From: Nitrosospira multiformis ATCC 25196
GTDB taxonomy: Bacteria > Pseudomonadota > Gammaproteobacteria > Burkholderiales > Nitrosomonadaceae
Direction: 5' to 3'
Length of the DNA: 32,000 nucleotides
NCBI RefSeq assembly: GCF_000196355.1
Contig: NC_007614.1
Coordinates: 2,460,001-2,492,000, forward strand
The position numbers and the translations under genes were made by a program. The notes under the pieces are model-generated. The model did not search any database. It was not told where the DNA came from and saw only the letters and a list, made by a program, of their open reading frames with translations. Shown one piece after another: positions 9,169-18,678 of this stretch. Within the stretch, counting starts at the first letter, position 1; the number at the start of each line of letters is the position of its first letter.

Positions 9169-9678
9169 TTATTCCTCGTTCACATCCAGTTTGCGATGTT
9201 CCCCCAATGCATCGGTATCACCTGTCACCAGCGCTTTCACAAGTCCGTATGCCCGCGCAGTAGCGCTGTCAGGCGCATCCCAATATTCGACTGCTATGAT
9301 GCTGACTTTGAGCAAAGCGAGATCCGGATCGTCCAAGCCCTTTGGGAACCAGGGCTTGAGCCAGGGGGACCATAAAGTCTGCATCTTCTCCTTGTCGTGC
9401 ACCAGCTCCGCTGCCCCGGATATGGAAAGATAGTCGTACTTATCGGTACGAGCGTAGGAGAGATTGACTTGCTGGTCCGGTTGCGCTTCCTCGATTTTTG
9501 GGGATGACAGGGAAGTAAAAAACCAGAGGTTGCCTTCGCTGTCCAGTTGCATCGTAGCCATGGGACGGCTACGCAAGGTCCCGTCTTTTTCCTTGGTCGT
9601 CAACATCGCAAATTTGGCATCGCCAACCATTTCCGCCACTTTAGCCAGGGCGGGATTATGTTGTTCATCGATTTCCAC
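9169..9678 (-). CDS. Pyridoxamine 5'-phosphate oxidase-like / general stress (GS26-like) FMN-binding protein
   Basis: KFAMLTTKEKDGTLRSRPMATMQLDSEGNLWFFTSLSSPKIEE...VNLSYARTDKYDYLSISGAAEL..D.EKMQTLWSPWLKPWFPKGLDDPDLALLKV.. Confidence 0.93.
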   Translation of the reverse strand: MEIDEQHNPALAKVAEMVGDAKFAMLTTKEKDGTLRSRPMATMQLDSEGNLWFFTSLSSPKIEEAQPDQQVNLSYARTDKYDYLSISGAAELVHDKEKMQTLWSPWLKPWFPKGLDDPDLALLKVSIIAVEYWDAPDSATARAYGLVKALVTGDTDALGEHRKLDVNEE

Positions 9679-10193
9679 GGCTTACTCCTTTACATGAACC
9701 GGGATTGATATTCGGCGTTTCCGATGCTCCAGGTTTCCAGGTTAATGGAGCTTGGTACATCTTAATCCTTTCCTTTAGGCTAGACACCTCAGCGCGCCTT
9801 AGCCAGGCTTGGTCTTTGCCGTTCGAGTGGTCGAGGTAAAATGCGAAAAAATCGTCTTTTGTTCCATGACATTTCGATCTATTTGGAGTGCTTGGGTGGA
9901 GTTCCAAGCCAGATCGAACGTTTAGAAACGATTAAGCCGCCTAGAAAATCAGCGAATTAGCGGCTTAAGGTGGCGGCGGCAATTATATGCATTCCCCCAT
10001 TACGGTTTGAATTCCATTGCGGAATTAATAGGATGGGCAAGACCTGATATCGCTATCCCACGGAATGGTCGAACCAGTAAAGCTCTTAGGGCCCTTGGTT
10101 TTGATGTAAAAATATACTGATTAGGGCAAGGGCCTCCGGCTGCGCTGTCATCAATTTCCCCGAGCGTATTTTCCCGAACTGGGGTTTACATCG

Positions 10194-10736
10194 TTAGCTG
10201 CGGCTTGCATACCAGACCCCATCAATTTGCTCAAATCCGCCTTGCTCCTTCAGGTACGAGTCGAAATCCGGATGGTCGGCAGACAGCAGGATCAAATCGC
10301 CTTTCACATGGCCTTCGGTTTGGACGATCAGATTTTTTACTGCTTCTGGCGAGAGTCCGCCGATGTTTCCACGCTCATCCACCATCCATCTTGTGGCATT
10401 CATGAATGCCTCGTTGCGGGTAAATCCCGTGCCGAAAACGTAGTAGCCCGATTGAACAATCGCGAACCTGACCGGCAAACGGCCTCCAGTTGCCCACTCC
10501 CGGTATTCAGGATAGGCCTCAACCAGGGCAAGTCCGTCTTGGGTAGCTTTCACCGTCCAATGCTCTTCTGAGTATGGAATTCCGGTAGCTTCAGGTGTAG
10601 GACGGCTAATTGCTATTAGCCCTTCTGCCTCCAATTCCGCCAAATCATCAAGGTTGTAGATCTCCGTAAAATGCTTTCCCGCCTTGTCGTGGGTAGTAAT
10701 TTTCGAGAGGATTCGCACTTGTTCTGCTGTCTTCAT
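10194..10736 (-). CDS. Hypothetical protein
   Basis: Intact ORF; internal ATG at 10736 (MKTAEQVR..) preferred over 10766. No family recognised. Confidence 0.65.
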   Translation of the reverse strand: MKTAEQVRILSKITTHDKAGKHFTEIYNLDDLAELEAEGLIAISRPTPEATGIPYSEEHWTVKATQDGLALVEAYPEYREWATGGRLPVRFAIVQSGYYVFGTGFTRNEAFMNATRWMVDERGNIGGLSPEAVKNLIVQTEGHVKGDLILLSADHPDFDSYLKEQGGFEQIDGVWYASRS

Positions 10737-10859
10737 TCCCTGCCCCCTGGTTAATGTCCTGCTCATTATTATGTCATGTTGCTTCGCCAGCTACCCATTA
10801 CATGGCTCAATCATGCTGTCAGGGGGGCTTCGCCCATCTTTGTCATATTCATTACTTGG

Positions 10860-10979
10860 GTCAGTTACCGTCCGATTTCAATAGATGAGTTTGGATTTGT
10901 TTGGACAACAAAAAACCCGCAAGCCTTTATTCATGCGGGTTTTCTGGATTTCTTTGGATTATTTTGGACTTTCAATTGG
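10860..10979. repeat. Direct repeat, distal att site of the ssrA island
   Basis: 120 bp identical to 20557-20676 apart from one mismatch (10873 C vs 20570 G). Confidence 0.95.
10912..10944. terminator. Hairpin aaaacccgc...gcgggtttt in the distal att copy
   Basis: 9-bp complementary arms; the same sequence lies immediately downstream of ssrA at 20609-20641. Confidence 0.7.
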
Positions 10980-11235
10980 GCGGCGTCAACTGAATAATGC
11001 CCTGTGATGCCCATGTATAAAGGGTTATGCTAGTTAAAGAATTCTGAGTTACCGTCAAAGTTACCGCCACATTACCGATGTGGGAGCACTGAAATATGAT
11101 AAAAGTGTGCATTCTTTGATGCCAGAGTGGCTGGCGGTTCCTTGGCTAGAGCAGTCATTTCCGTTTTCTTAAAATGCTGTGCTTCCCAAGCGATCAGCGA
11201 CTATTTCAAACATCAAATCATAGATCAAGAATCTA

Positions 11236-13857
11236 TCAGTTACTGTGCAAGGAATTAGGTTGGGAAGCCGAGGTTGTATCACTGGCCTTCGCACCCGCGT
11301 TAATGATGGCAGCATCCAGAACCGAGCGGTATCCTGTCAGTGAATACTCGCGCAGCTTTTGGAAGAATGCGTTAAAGTCACGCGGGGCCACCATGTTGAA
11401 CTGGTAGCGCACCGACAATCCTTCTTTTTCTAACCAAGCATTCAGTTGGGTGAAATGCGCACTAGCGTATTCGTGCTTTTTCACGTTTTCTGGAGATAGA
11501 TCGCTGATTTCGCCATCGTCCTTGATCTCGGCCACAAACAGCCAGTCACCTTGTTTGATGAAAAAATCCGGGCTGAATTCACCGCGTTTTGGATGTTCAC
11601 CCTTCTTCCACGCGTATTCGAGCGAATAGAAGTTCATGGCAGCGTTCTTCAGCCAGGTGTCCAGACATTTTGTGTTTTCCCTTTTGGTCAATTCCCGCAT
11701 GAACTTGCGTTCGGGGGTAGCGTCGGCAATGGCGAGATTGACGGGCGATTTGAAATCGGCGGGGTTCCCAACCTCCACCCGACCGCTAACGAAATCCCCA
11801 TCGGCATCAACTACCTCGTCAAAGAATTCCTGCTGCTCGTCCACCAAGGTTTCGCGACAGCCCTCGGTGAAGAAGACTGTTTTTGTCCCACGCCGCAGTT
11901 CTGCGGCACTGCAACTGTCGGCCTGCCGTGTCGCGGTGTTAAACGTCACCAGCGCCTGGGGCGACAACACATACACTACCCGTTTCGTCGCTTTGCGCTT
12001 CAAAGGGCCGATTGCTTGTAGGAACTTCTGGCGATTGTCGTCGGTGATGCGACCATCAGTGATGCCCGCCTGTTTCAATGATTCACTGACAATCGCCATG
12101 CATTTGTCGCGGGGAAAACGTTTTGCATAGTTGGTCCGATCTTCCGGGTCTTGTGCATCGGCGGTTTCTTGGTCGATGCTCTTGAGCCGCAAGTAAAGCT
12201 GCTCAGCCACATCCTCAGCGGAATAAGTTTTCTGGCGGAGGATTGCGCCAAACTTTGAATGCTTGCCGGTCAGCGCCTCCTCGAATTCTACCGTAACGGA
12301 TTGGTCCACTACCTGTGAAGGCAGCACCACGTAGCCCTTCGCGAAAATCTGGTACTCACCGCTTTGCGGATGATCGGTGATTTCTTCCTTACGCGTGTAA
12401 TCCAGGTTGTGCAGCTCGAAGTGATACGGTGATTCCACTAGTGGTCGCGACGACAATCGGCGCTCGATTTCTAAAATCTCGTCAACTAGATGCTTGATGC
12501 GCCTTGACCATGCATCGTGATTGAATACCGTCACTATCGGATCTTCCCCTGTCCAGCCAACGGGCCTACGCAAGCCCCGGCCTAGCACCTGAGCTATTAG
12601 CAATTTACTGTTGAATGCGCGTTCCTCGTGCGGGACAATCTGGAACACGTTTTTCACATCCCAGCCCTCGGACAGCATGGATACCGAGATGATCCATTCC
12701 ACCTTGCTGGCAAGGCTATCCACTGTTCGTAGCATCGCCACATTGGCCTGATGCTCCTTGGCTGAAGTTACCACCAGCACCTTTGCACGAGCCTCTTCCG
12801 GTTTGATCTTCTCCCATGTAGTCAGCCAATCAGTCAGGTCTTCCGCCACCTGTTTGCACGCCGCGATCTTTTGCGTAATCACTATGGTCAAGGGCCGAAT
12901 AATCCGGCTCTTCAGCTTCCTCTTCCAATCCTCATGTCGCTGCCAGATCAGTTGCCAGTAGTCTTCTTGGCCATGGGTAGCTGGCATATCAGAAACGTAC
13001 TCCACCTTTTTAACGAAACGCTCCTCGATGGCCTGCCGCAACGAGTAGCGATACACCACGTCTGAGAAGTAATCGTTGCCAACATAGCAGGTACCAGAAA
13101 CGGCTAGCACATAGCGGAAACCATAGTCGGCCGATTGCAGGAAGGTTTTCCACTTACCCGCCTCTGTGCCGGTTTCGTTAGCCACGTGGTGGGCCTCGTC
13201 GTTCAGTACCGCTACCCGAGCGCCCTTACCCTTGAGACTGTCACGGATAGATGAATTCACATGGTCCAGAATAGCGTGGTAGTTCTCCACACACAGGGCA
13301 CCATCTACAATGGTTTCCGAGGCGTTGATGACGCGAGGTGTGGAAAAGCGCGCATAGGCCGGTAGGGTATCGCGTAAATCGGCATTGCTCGCTAATTCCT
13401 TGAACTTGGCCAGGAGGCCTGCCTCAATTGTGTTGGATGGGCAGAGTACCAGCACCCGGTCCACTACCCCCTCAGCTAGCAGGATCGCCGCGATGCCATA
13501 GAGCACGAAACTTTTGCCCGTGCCGGTTGCAAGATCCAGTGAACAGGCAAGCTGAGCGGGTAATTGCAAATGCGACTGCATCGAATCCCATCGCCCCCAG
13601 CGATGTCGCAAATCCTCGTTGGCCTCGAAATTCTCTTTGGCCAATTGGCACAAGTCGGCATACCGCCCACCCAACCAATAACTCAGTACGGCTCGGATTG
13701 CCGTCTTCTGGTATTCACGGTGCCCACACAAGGCGTCAAGAAATGCCTCATAACGGCTCTCATCCCATTTACAAGGATCATGGGGCTTGATTGCCAGAAC
13801 CAGGTCTTCATTGCGGAAGGCGCGGCGGTCACCGAAATGGCGTGCGGTAGTCCTCAT
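11236..13857 (-). CDS. Type III-like restriction endonuclease, Res subunit (SF2 helicase plus C-terminal PD-(D/E)xK nuclease)
   Basis: Walker A DLATGTGKSFVLYGIA, NDEAHHVANETG, motif VI-like IAQVLGRGLRRP, SMLSEGWDVKNV, C-terminal PDFFIKQGDWLFVAEIKDD. Start overlaps the mod stop (ATGA). Confidence 0.9.
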   Translation of the reverse strand: MRTTARHFGDRRAFRNEDLVLAIKPHDPCKWDESRYEAFLDALCGHREYQKTAIRAVLSYWLGGRYADLCQLAKENFEANEDLRHRWGRWDSMQSHLQLPAQLACSLDLATGTGKSFVLYGIAAILLAEGVVDRVLVLCPSNTIEAGLLAKFKELASNADLRDTLPAYARFSTPRVINASETIVDGALCVENYHAILDHVNSSIRDSLKGKGARVAVLNDEAHHVANETGTEAGKWKTFLQSADYGFRYVLAVSGTCYVGNDYFSDVVYRYSLRQAIEERFVKKVEYVSDMPATHGQEDYWQLIWQRHEDWKRKLKSRIIRPLTIVITQKIAACKQVAEDLTDWLTTWEKIKPEEARAKVLVVTSAKEHQANVAMLRTVDSLASKVEWIISVSMLSEGWDVKNVFQIVPHEERAFNSKLLIAQVLGRGLRRPVGWTGEDPIVTVFNHDAWSRRIKHLVDEILEIERRLSSRPLVESPYHFELHNLDYTRKEEITDHPQSGEYQIFAKGYVVLPSQVVDQSVTVEFEEALTGKHSKFGAILRQKTYSAEDVAEQLYLRLKSIDQETADAQDPEDRTNYAKRFPRDKCMAIVSESLKQAGITDGRITDDNRQKFLQAIGPLKRKATKRVVYVLSPQALVTFNTATRQADSCSAAELRRGTKTVFFTEGCRETLVDEQQEFFDEVVDADGDFVSGRVEVGNPADFKSPVNLAIADATPERKFMRELTKRENTKCLDTWLKNAAMNFYSLEYAWKKGEHPKRGEFSPDFFIKQGDWLFVAEIKDDGEISDLSPENVKKHEYASAHFTQLNAWLEKEGLSVRYQFNMVAPRDFNAFFQKLREYSLTGYRSVLDAAIINAGAKASDTTSASQPNSLHSN

Positions 13858-15875
13858 GCTCTTTTTGCCTCTGTCTTTGCAATGGGAGAGCCGTTGCGCT
13901 TTTCAAGTTTCTCTAGCGCAAAATGAGCCGCAGGTATCACCACACGCGCCTCATTGCCATAGATGTCTAGGAAAACCGCCATGACCTTCTCGCCGGGGCG
14001 GTTGGCAGGAAAACGCACCTCCCAAGCCGCCCCCTCGATAGCTTCGGCATAAAACACCTCGTCCAGATCGAACACATCATTCTCGGCATCGTAGTCATAA
14101 TCCAACATTACCATGGACAATGTTTCCCGGTTGCCACGTTTTCGCATCGGCTCCCGCACGGCGGCCTCGCTGAAAAAAGTGTCGATGCGAATGAATGCTT
14201 GCTCAAGCAATTCACCCTCCGGGTTGCCTCGACCCACGGCGTACTCCAACTCAGGGGTCTTAATGAAATCGAAGCCTACGGCATCTACCGTGTCGTTCAC
14301 CGCCATCTCGTCAGTCGGCTGTTTTAAGGCAAGAAAGTCGCGTTGATGCAGCTCGTGAATGATGGAATACGGCACCCGCAGAGCGTAATAGCGTACCTCC
14401 CCGATCTGGATGTAATCCTGTTGGAAGTCGAAGGCCATTGCCGGCGCGATAATGAATATACGTGTGCCAACCTTGGAGCCCGCCGCTTCATGGATAGAGC
14501 GTAACGTCTCCTCGCTGACTGTCGCGCCATTCCCCTTGCGGTGATCGAAAATAATGACGGGGCTGGCTTTCAGTGTGCCATCAAATTGGATGCCACCGAT
14601 TCGTTGGGGGGCACTCTGGCAACTAAAGAGGGTGAGGGCAAACCGCCGCCAGTCACTCCAAGGCAATTCCTTAAGACGGGCGAAGTCGTAGAGGCCGGCG
14701 TTGTAAAGGGTGAAGGGCTTGGCTTTGAGCGCCTTGCCCTTTTCGCTGAGATTCAGCATCCGCTTCTGGATGGTGTAGATCGCAAGTTTCCCGCAGTCAA
14801 TGCCGATCCAGCGACGATTAAGTTTTTCTGCAACCGCACAGGTGGTTCCTGATCCGGCAAATGCATCCATAACAAGATCTCCAATATTGGAGGAGACCTT
14901 GATGATTCTATTTAAAAGTGCAGGATTTTTCGCGCTTGGATAGTCGTATCTGTCACTTGATGCTCTGTTAAGAAATGGAATGTCGCTCCACCAATCACGA
15001 GGTCTAATACCCTCTTTTGTGTCGAAGTAATCCCTATAGACCCATTCCGGATTTGCTGCCTCTACATCCAAAGGAATACCATGCTTACCGCGCCATGGAC
15101 TTCCCTTGACGTTTCTTCCCCTTAATTGAAATTTCCTTCCATCTTCATCGATGTGCTCATATTTTGCCAAAGTACCTTGTGAATACTGACCAGCCGCCTC
15201 TTTCCAGTTAAATACATGTTGATCTGATTTGAAGTTTTTTGCATACACCAAGATATTGTCATGCTTCCTGTTCCAATGACGTGTTGCTAACTCACGTTCT
15301 CCGTAGCACCAAGCAACTTCGTTCATAAAGTTTTGCTCGCCAAAAATCTCATCAAGGATAACTTTTATGTAATGAGACTTACGGTAATCCAGGTGAACGT
15401 ATAGAAGGCCATTATCAGAAAGAAGGTCACGAATGAGGATTAGCCTTTTTCGCAAAAACTCAATAAATGTAGCGCCATAAATCTTATCCTGATACGCTTT
15501 TTGGTCTTGCGCGCCCTGAAATTCTTGTCGAGTTGCAAATGGCGGGTCGATATATACCAAGCGGATACCAGACGTTCCGTCGGCGTTGCATAGTTCCCCA
15601 CGCCGCTTCATTTCCAGCAACGTCTTCATGGCTTGCAGGTTGTCCCCAAAGATCAATTTGTTGTGCCACGTCACCCCGTTTTTATTGAAGGTTCGTACTG
15701 GCTGTAAGGGTACTGCCAGCGTGTTGGCGATGATGTCTTCCTCGCGCTCCTTGCCTTGATAGACCAGCTCGTATTCACGCTTCTCAGGCGGGAACAGGAT
15801 GCGCGACCATTCCGGCGCTACTTCTCCACCGGAAAGTAGGATTTCGATGATGCGTTGTCGTTGTTCAGGTGTCAT
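13854..15875 (-). CDS. Type III-like adenine-specific DNA methyltransferase, Mod subunit (beta class)
   Basis: LVYIDPPFAT (motif IV) precedes MDAFAGSGTTCAVAEKLNRRWIGID (motif I); NEVAWCY...RHDNILVYAK-type region. Confidence 0.92.
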   Translation of the reverse strand: MTPEQRQRIIEILLSGGEVAPEWSRILFPPEKREYELVYQGKEREEDIIANTLAVPLQPVRTFNKNGVTWHNKLIFGDNLQAMKTLLEMKRRGELCNADGTSGIRLVYIDPPFATRQEFQGAQDQKAYQDKIYGATFIEFLRKRLILIRDLLSDNGLLYVHLDYRKSHYIKVILDEIFGEQNFMNEVAWCYGERELATRHWNRKHDNILVYAKNFKSDQHVFNWKEAAGQYSQGTLAKYEHIDEDGRKFQLRGRNVKGSPWRGKHGIPLDVEAANPEWVYRDYFDTKEGIRPRDWWSDIPFLNRASSDRYDYPSAKNPALLNRIIKVSSNIGDLVMDAFAGSGTTCAVAEKLNRRWIGIDCGKLAIYTIQKRMLNLSEKGKALKAKPFTLYNAGLYDFARLKELPWSDWRRFALTLFSCQSAPQRIGGIQFDGTLKASPVIIFDHRKGNGATVSEETLRSIHEAAGSKVGTRIFIIAPAMAFDFQQDYIQIGEVRYYALRVPYSIIHELHQRDFLALKQPTDEMAVNDTVDAVGFDFIKTPELEYAVGRGNPEGELLEQAFIRIDTFFSEAAVREPMRKRGNRETLSMVMLDYDYDAENDVFDLDEVFYAEAIEGAAWEVRFPANRPGEKVMAVFLDIYGNEARVVIPAAHFALEKLEKRNGSPIAKTEAKRA

Positions 15876-15969
15876 GTTAAATTTTTCAGCTTCGTTTTCA
15901 GCGCCTGCACCTCTTGGCGTTCTATATAACGACTATTACAGGCCTTCATCAGGCTAGCATTTTTAATCG

Positions 15970-16490
15970 GTAACACCGGTAACAATTGGGATAAGGTGCT
16001 AGAAACATCCAATTCATGAGGCTTTCCGTGTTACCGCAAAATGTCACCCATTCGAATATATGGGGTAACGGCGGTAACAGGTGTCAGCTTAAGTCAGAAC
16101 AGACTGAGAAGAGGCGCTTGCTTAACCGTGGCATGTATCAGCAACAAAGGGAAGATGTTAAAAAACGCTCTACTGTAACAGAAGGAGTTATCTTAGATGT
16201 TAACTGTAACTGTACCGTATCTACTATAGGACTGCACGCACGAAGCTGTACAGTACGGTAACCGTAACAATATCAGTAACGGTTACAGTTACGGTAACAG
16301 AGAATCGAATATATCAATAAATCCTGTAACGGTAACAGGAACATGAGAAGCAAAGATTTCTGTAACAGGAATTCCTATAGCGAGATTTCCGGTAACAGTG
16401 CAAGTGTTACCGGCCTGACTTGGCGCGGTAACACCAGGGTTACGTCGAAAATTTCGCTCCTATTGGCTGTTACCGCGTTACCGCTGTAAC
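15970..16490. repeat. Dense GTAAC/GTTAC motif cluster (23 copies), candidate iteron or protein-binding array
   Basis: Manual count of motif starts: 15970, 15979, 16030, 16065, 16074, 16175, 16206, 16258, 16264, 16276, 16282, 16288, 16294, 16326, 16332, 16362, 16392, 16406, 16428, 16439, 16469, 16477, 16486. Confidence 0.85.
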
Positions 16491-16504
16491 AGCGGCAATT
16501 GCGT

Positions 16505-18277
16505 TTACTCTTCCTCATCCCGATATCGAATAACGTAGACCCTCGATGAACCCAATCCTTGAAGTCGCACAACTTGCGACGGTTTGCCATCATTGCCTGG
16601 AAGCAATAGGCCAGCATTCAGCAAGACTTTCTTAACCGTCTTCTCATCAAAGCCCTCGCAGACTTCCTTGCGGAAGACTTGCGGCAATACCAGGAACTCC
16701 CGGCCTTCTTTTATTCCGTTCCGGTAGAAACCTGCCCTTTTTGGAATGCGCTGGTCAATTGTTGCGTTGATATCTTCAAACCTGCTTGCACCATGGGTTT
16801 CAAAGAAAGCCCGTACCTGAGCCAATATCGCCCGTTCTTCGCGGTTGCCACTCCCGCCAAAGGCTTCCAGCCAAACGGCAAAGCAGGTGTGAGCAGCATG
16901 AATCGCTTCACCTTGAGACCATCCTGTTAATTTTGAGTGTGTTGCCAGTTCGCCCGCCACGGCAACCAATGCAAAGCGACGCGCTACCCGCTCAACTTGC
17001 CCTGCCGCCCTTGCCGGTATTACTCCCGTTACAAATTGCTTGATTTGCTCAGGGACAAAGTCTTTGAGGGAAATCCTGTTCGCGACGAGATAGCGCAACC
17101 ATTCCTTACCAACAGCGCCATGATATTTGCTAGATGCTTCCTTTATCGCTACCGCCAGGGAAGCAGCATTGGGATATCCATTCAATGTCTCGAATATGCC
17201 CATGCCTGAGCCTGCATCAGCTTCTATGTCGGCTAGACGGATTTCCTGCCCGGCAGTTGTTTGTTTGCCTGCTTGTGCCATGATTGCGGAAAGAGAGGTT
17301 TCACCTGCGCTTAAGAACAGCAGCCGCCAGCGTTGGCTTGAGCGGGCAAAGCCATTGCGTGACGCTCTGACTTTGCCTTGACCATTCGCCAAAAGATAAG
17401 CGGCTTCTCCCGCATCCTTTGGTTCAATCTATCCAATTTCATCCAGAATCAGCAAGCCGTCATTGTGCAGTGTTGCCAATCCTTCCAAGCCATTGACCGT
17501 GCCACGCCAGAGCCGCACATAAGCTGAAGGATTGCCCCATACTGAAGCGGCAAGCTTTAATGCACTGGATTTGCCGGAAGATGAGGCGCCGCGAAGATGA
17601 AAGCCACCGGAGTCTTCCCCTGCAATTTCAGCCAATGCGCCTGCAAAGGCCACGGATAGCGCAAATACAAGGCGCGTATTGCCTGCCGCCAGTGCTGCCA
17701 CAGAATCACGCCATTCCTCTACCGTGCCGACTTCCGTATAAGCCGGTTCAATCGCGTGCGAGTTTTGAAATACGACAAGTTCTTCAGTTTCCCCAATTGC
17801 ACCAGTGGGTGTAACAAAAGTATTGCCGTGCCAGCCAAGACGATCTACGCAACGTGCTCTTGCTTCTACCGGCCATACCTTGACATATGCAGCCAACAAG
17901 CCACGTGCGAATTGATTAGGCGAGATATGCAACCCAAGGCGGGCAAGCTCACGCCTCACATCCGCGCCGTCACTCTCCAGGAGTTCGAGCGGCATTGCCC
18001 ATTGGTGGATATGTCCATCATCATCCCGCCATTCCAATAATCGCCCCCATTCGCCGCTCTTCCCATCCCTTGTTTTGGCAATTACAGATAGAGGGACGCA
18101 AATCCATTGCGGCAATTGCTCGTTTCCGTCTTTGTCTCTACCATGGAAATAGACGCCTGTTTCTGCAAGTTCGAAGCGACCGCTCCCGTATGAGCATGAA
18201 GTTATAAGAGCAGTCGTTGAGTTTTGGGTTGACGGTAGGGGTGCGATTTGTGCTGTGCTGATATTTCGCATCGCCAT
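16505..18277 (-). pseudogene. DUF927-family helicase/primase-like protein, interrupted by an in-frame TAG at 17429-17431
   Basis: ORFs 17429-18277 and 16505-17392 are in the same frame; reading through gives ..GLLILDEIG[*]IEPKDAGEAAYLLANGQGKVRASRNG.., with Walker A LRGASSSGKSSALKLAASVWG. Confidence 0.88.
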
Positions 18278-18281
18278 CCCC

Positions 18282-18533
18282 TTACAGCGCCTTGCCAGCC
18301 GTTTTACGGGCGGCTTCCAGTTTGGCTACCAATTCCCGTATCTCATCATCTGTCTTCCCAGCAATGCGGGCAGCATTAATGGCGGCTACTTCGCTGGCAG
18401 GCCAGCCTACAGAACGCGGGCCAAGTCTAACTGGCTTGGGCCAAAGTCCTTGCTGAATGCGAAGATAAATGGTTGAACGGGATGCGCCGGACTCAGCTTT
18501 AACAGCAGGAAGTCTTAGGATTGCTTGAACCAT
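18282..18533 (-). CDS. AlpA-family phage/island regulator (excisionase-like HTH)
   Basis: ILRLPAVKAESGASRSTIYLRIQQGLWPKPVRLGPRSVGWPASEVAAINAARIAGKTDDEIRELV. Confidence 0.92.
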   Translation of the reverse strand: MVQAILRLPAVKAESGASRSTIYLRIQQGLWPKPVRLGPRSVGWPASEVAAINAARIAGKTDDEIRELVAKLEAARKTAGKAL

Positions 18534-18678
18534 GTTTGTACCTCTTTAGGTGTTGTTGAACATGGTTGGCAATTAAATAGCACAAGCGGATACGATAATA
18601 CGCGCGGAGGGTCGCGGGTATTCAATGCGAGTTACGTGGAAACTAGCGCCAATAGCGGCTTTTGGAGGGTGCGGTGAA

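Noticed and set aside
9932-9968. Inverted repeat ttaagccgc...gcggcttaa
   Set aside because: 9-bp arms with a 19-nt loop and no T-tract; could be chance or a weak terminator, not enough to call.
10980-11000. A second tmRNA or tRNA fragment next to the left repeat
   Set aside because: gggcggcgtcaactgaa only loosely resembles the tmRNA end; no T-arm or acceptor stem can be drawn. Kept only as a comment on the crossover point.
13564-13926. Small plus-strand ORFs inside res/mod
   Set aside because: Compositional shadows of the minus-strand RM operon.
15961-16500. Possible CRISPR or VNTR from many repeated GTAAC words
   Set aside because: The repeated word is only 5-8 bp, occurs in both orientations and has variable spacing; there is no constant-length repeat-spacer structure and no cas genes.
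16375-18533. A novel multi-gene defence module formed by the DUF927 and AlpA-like genes
   Set aside because: These match the usual replication/regulation set of P4-like islands, so they are explained by mobility rather than defence.
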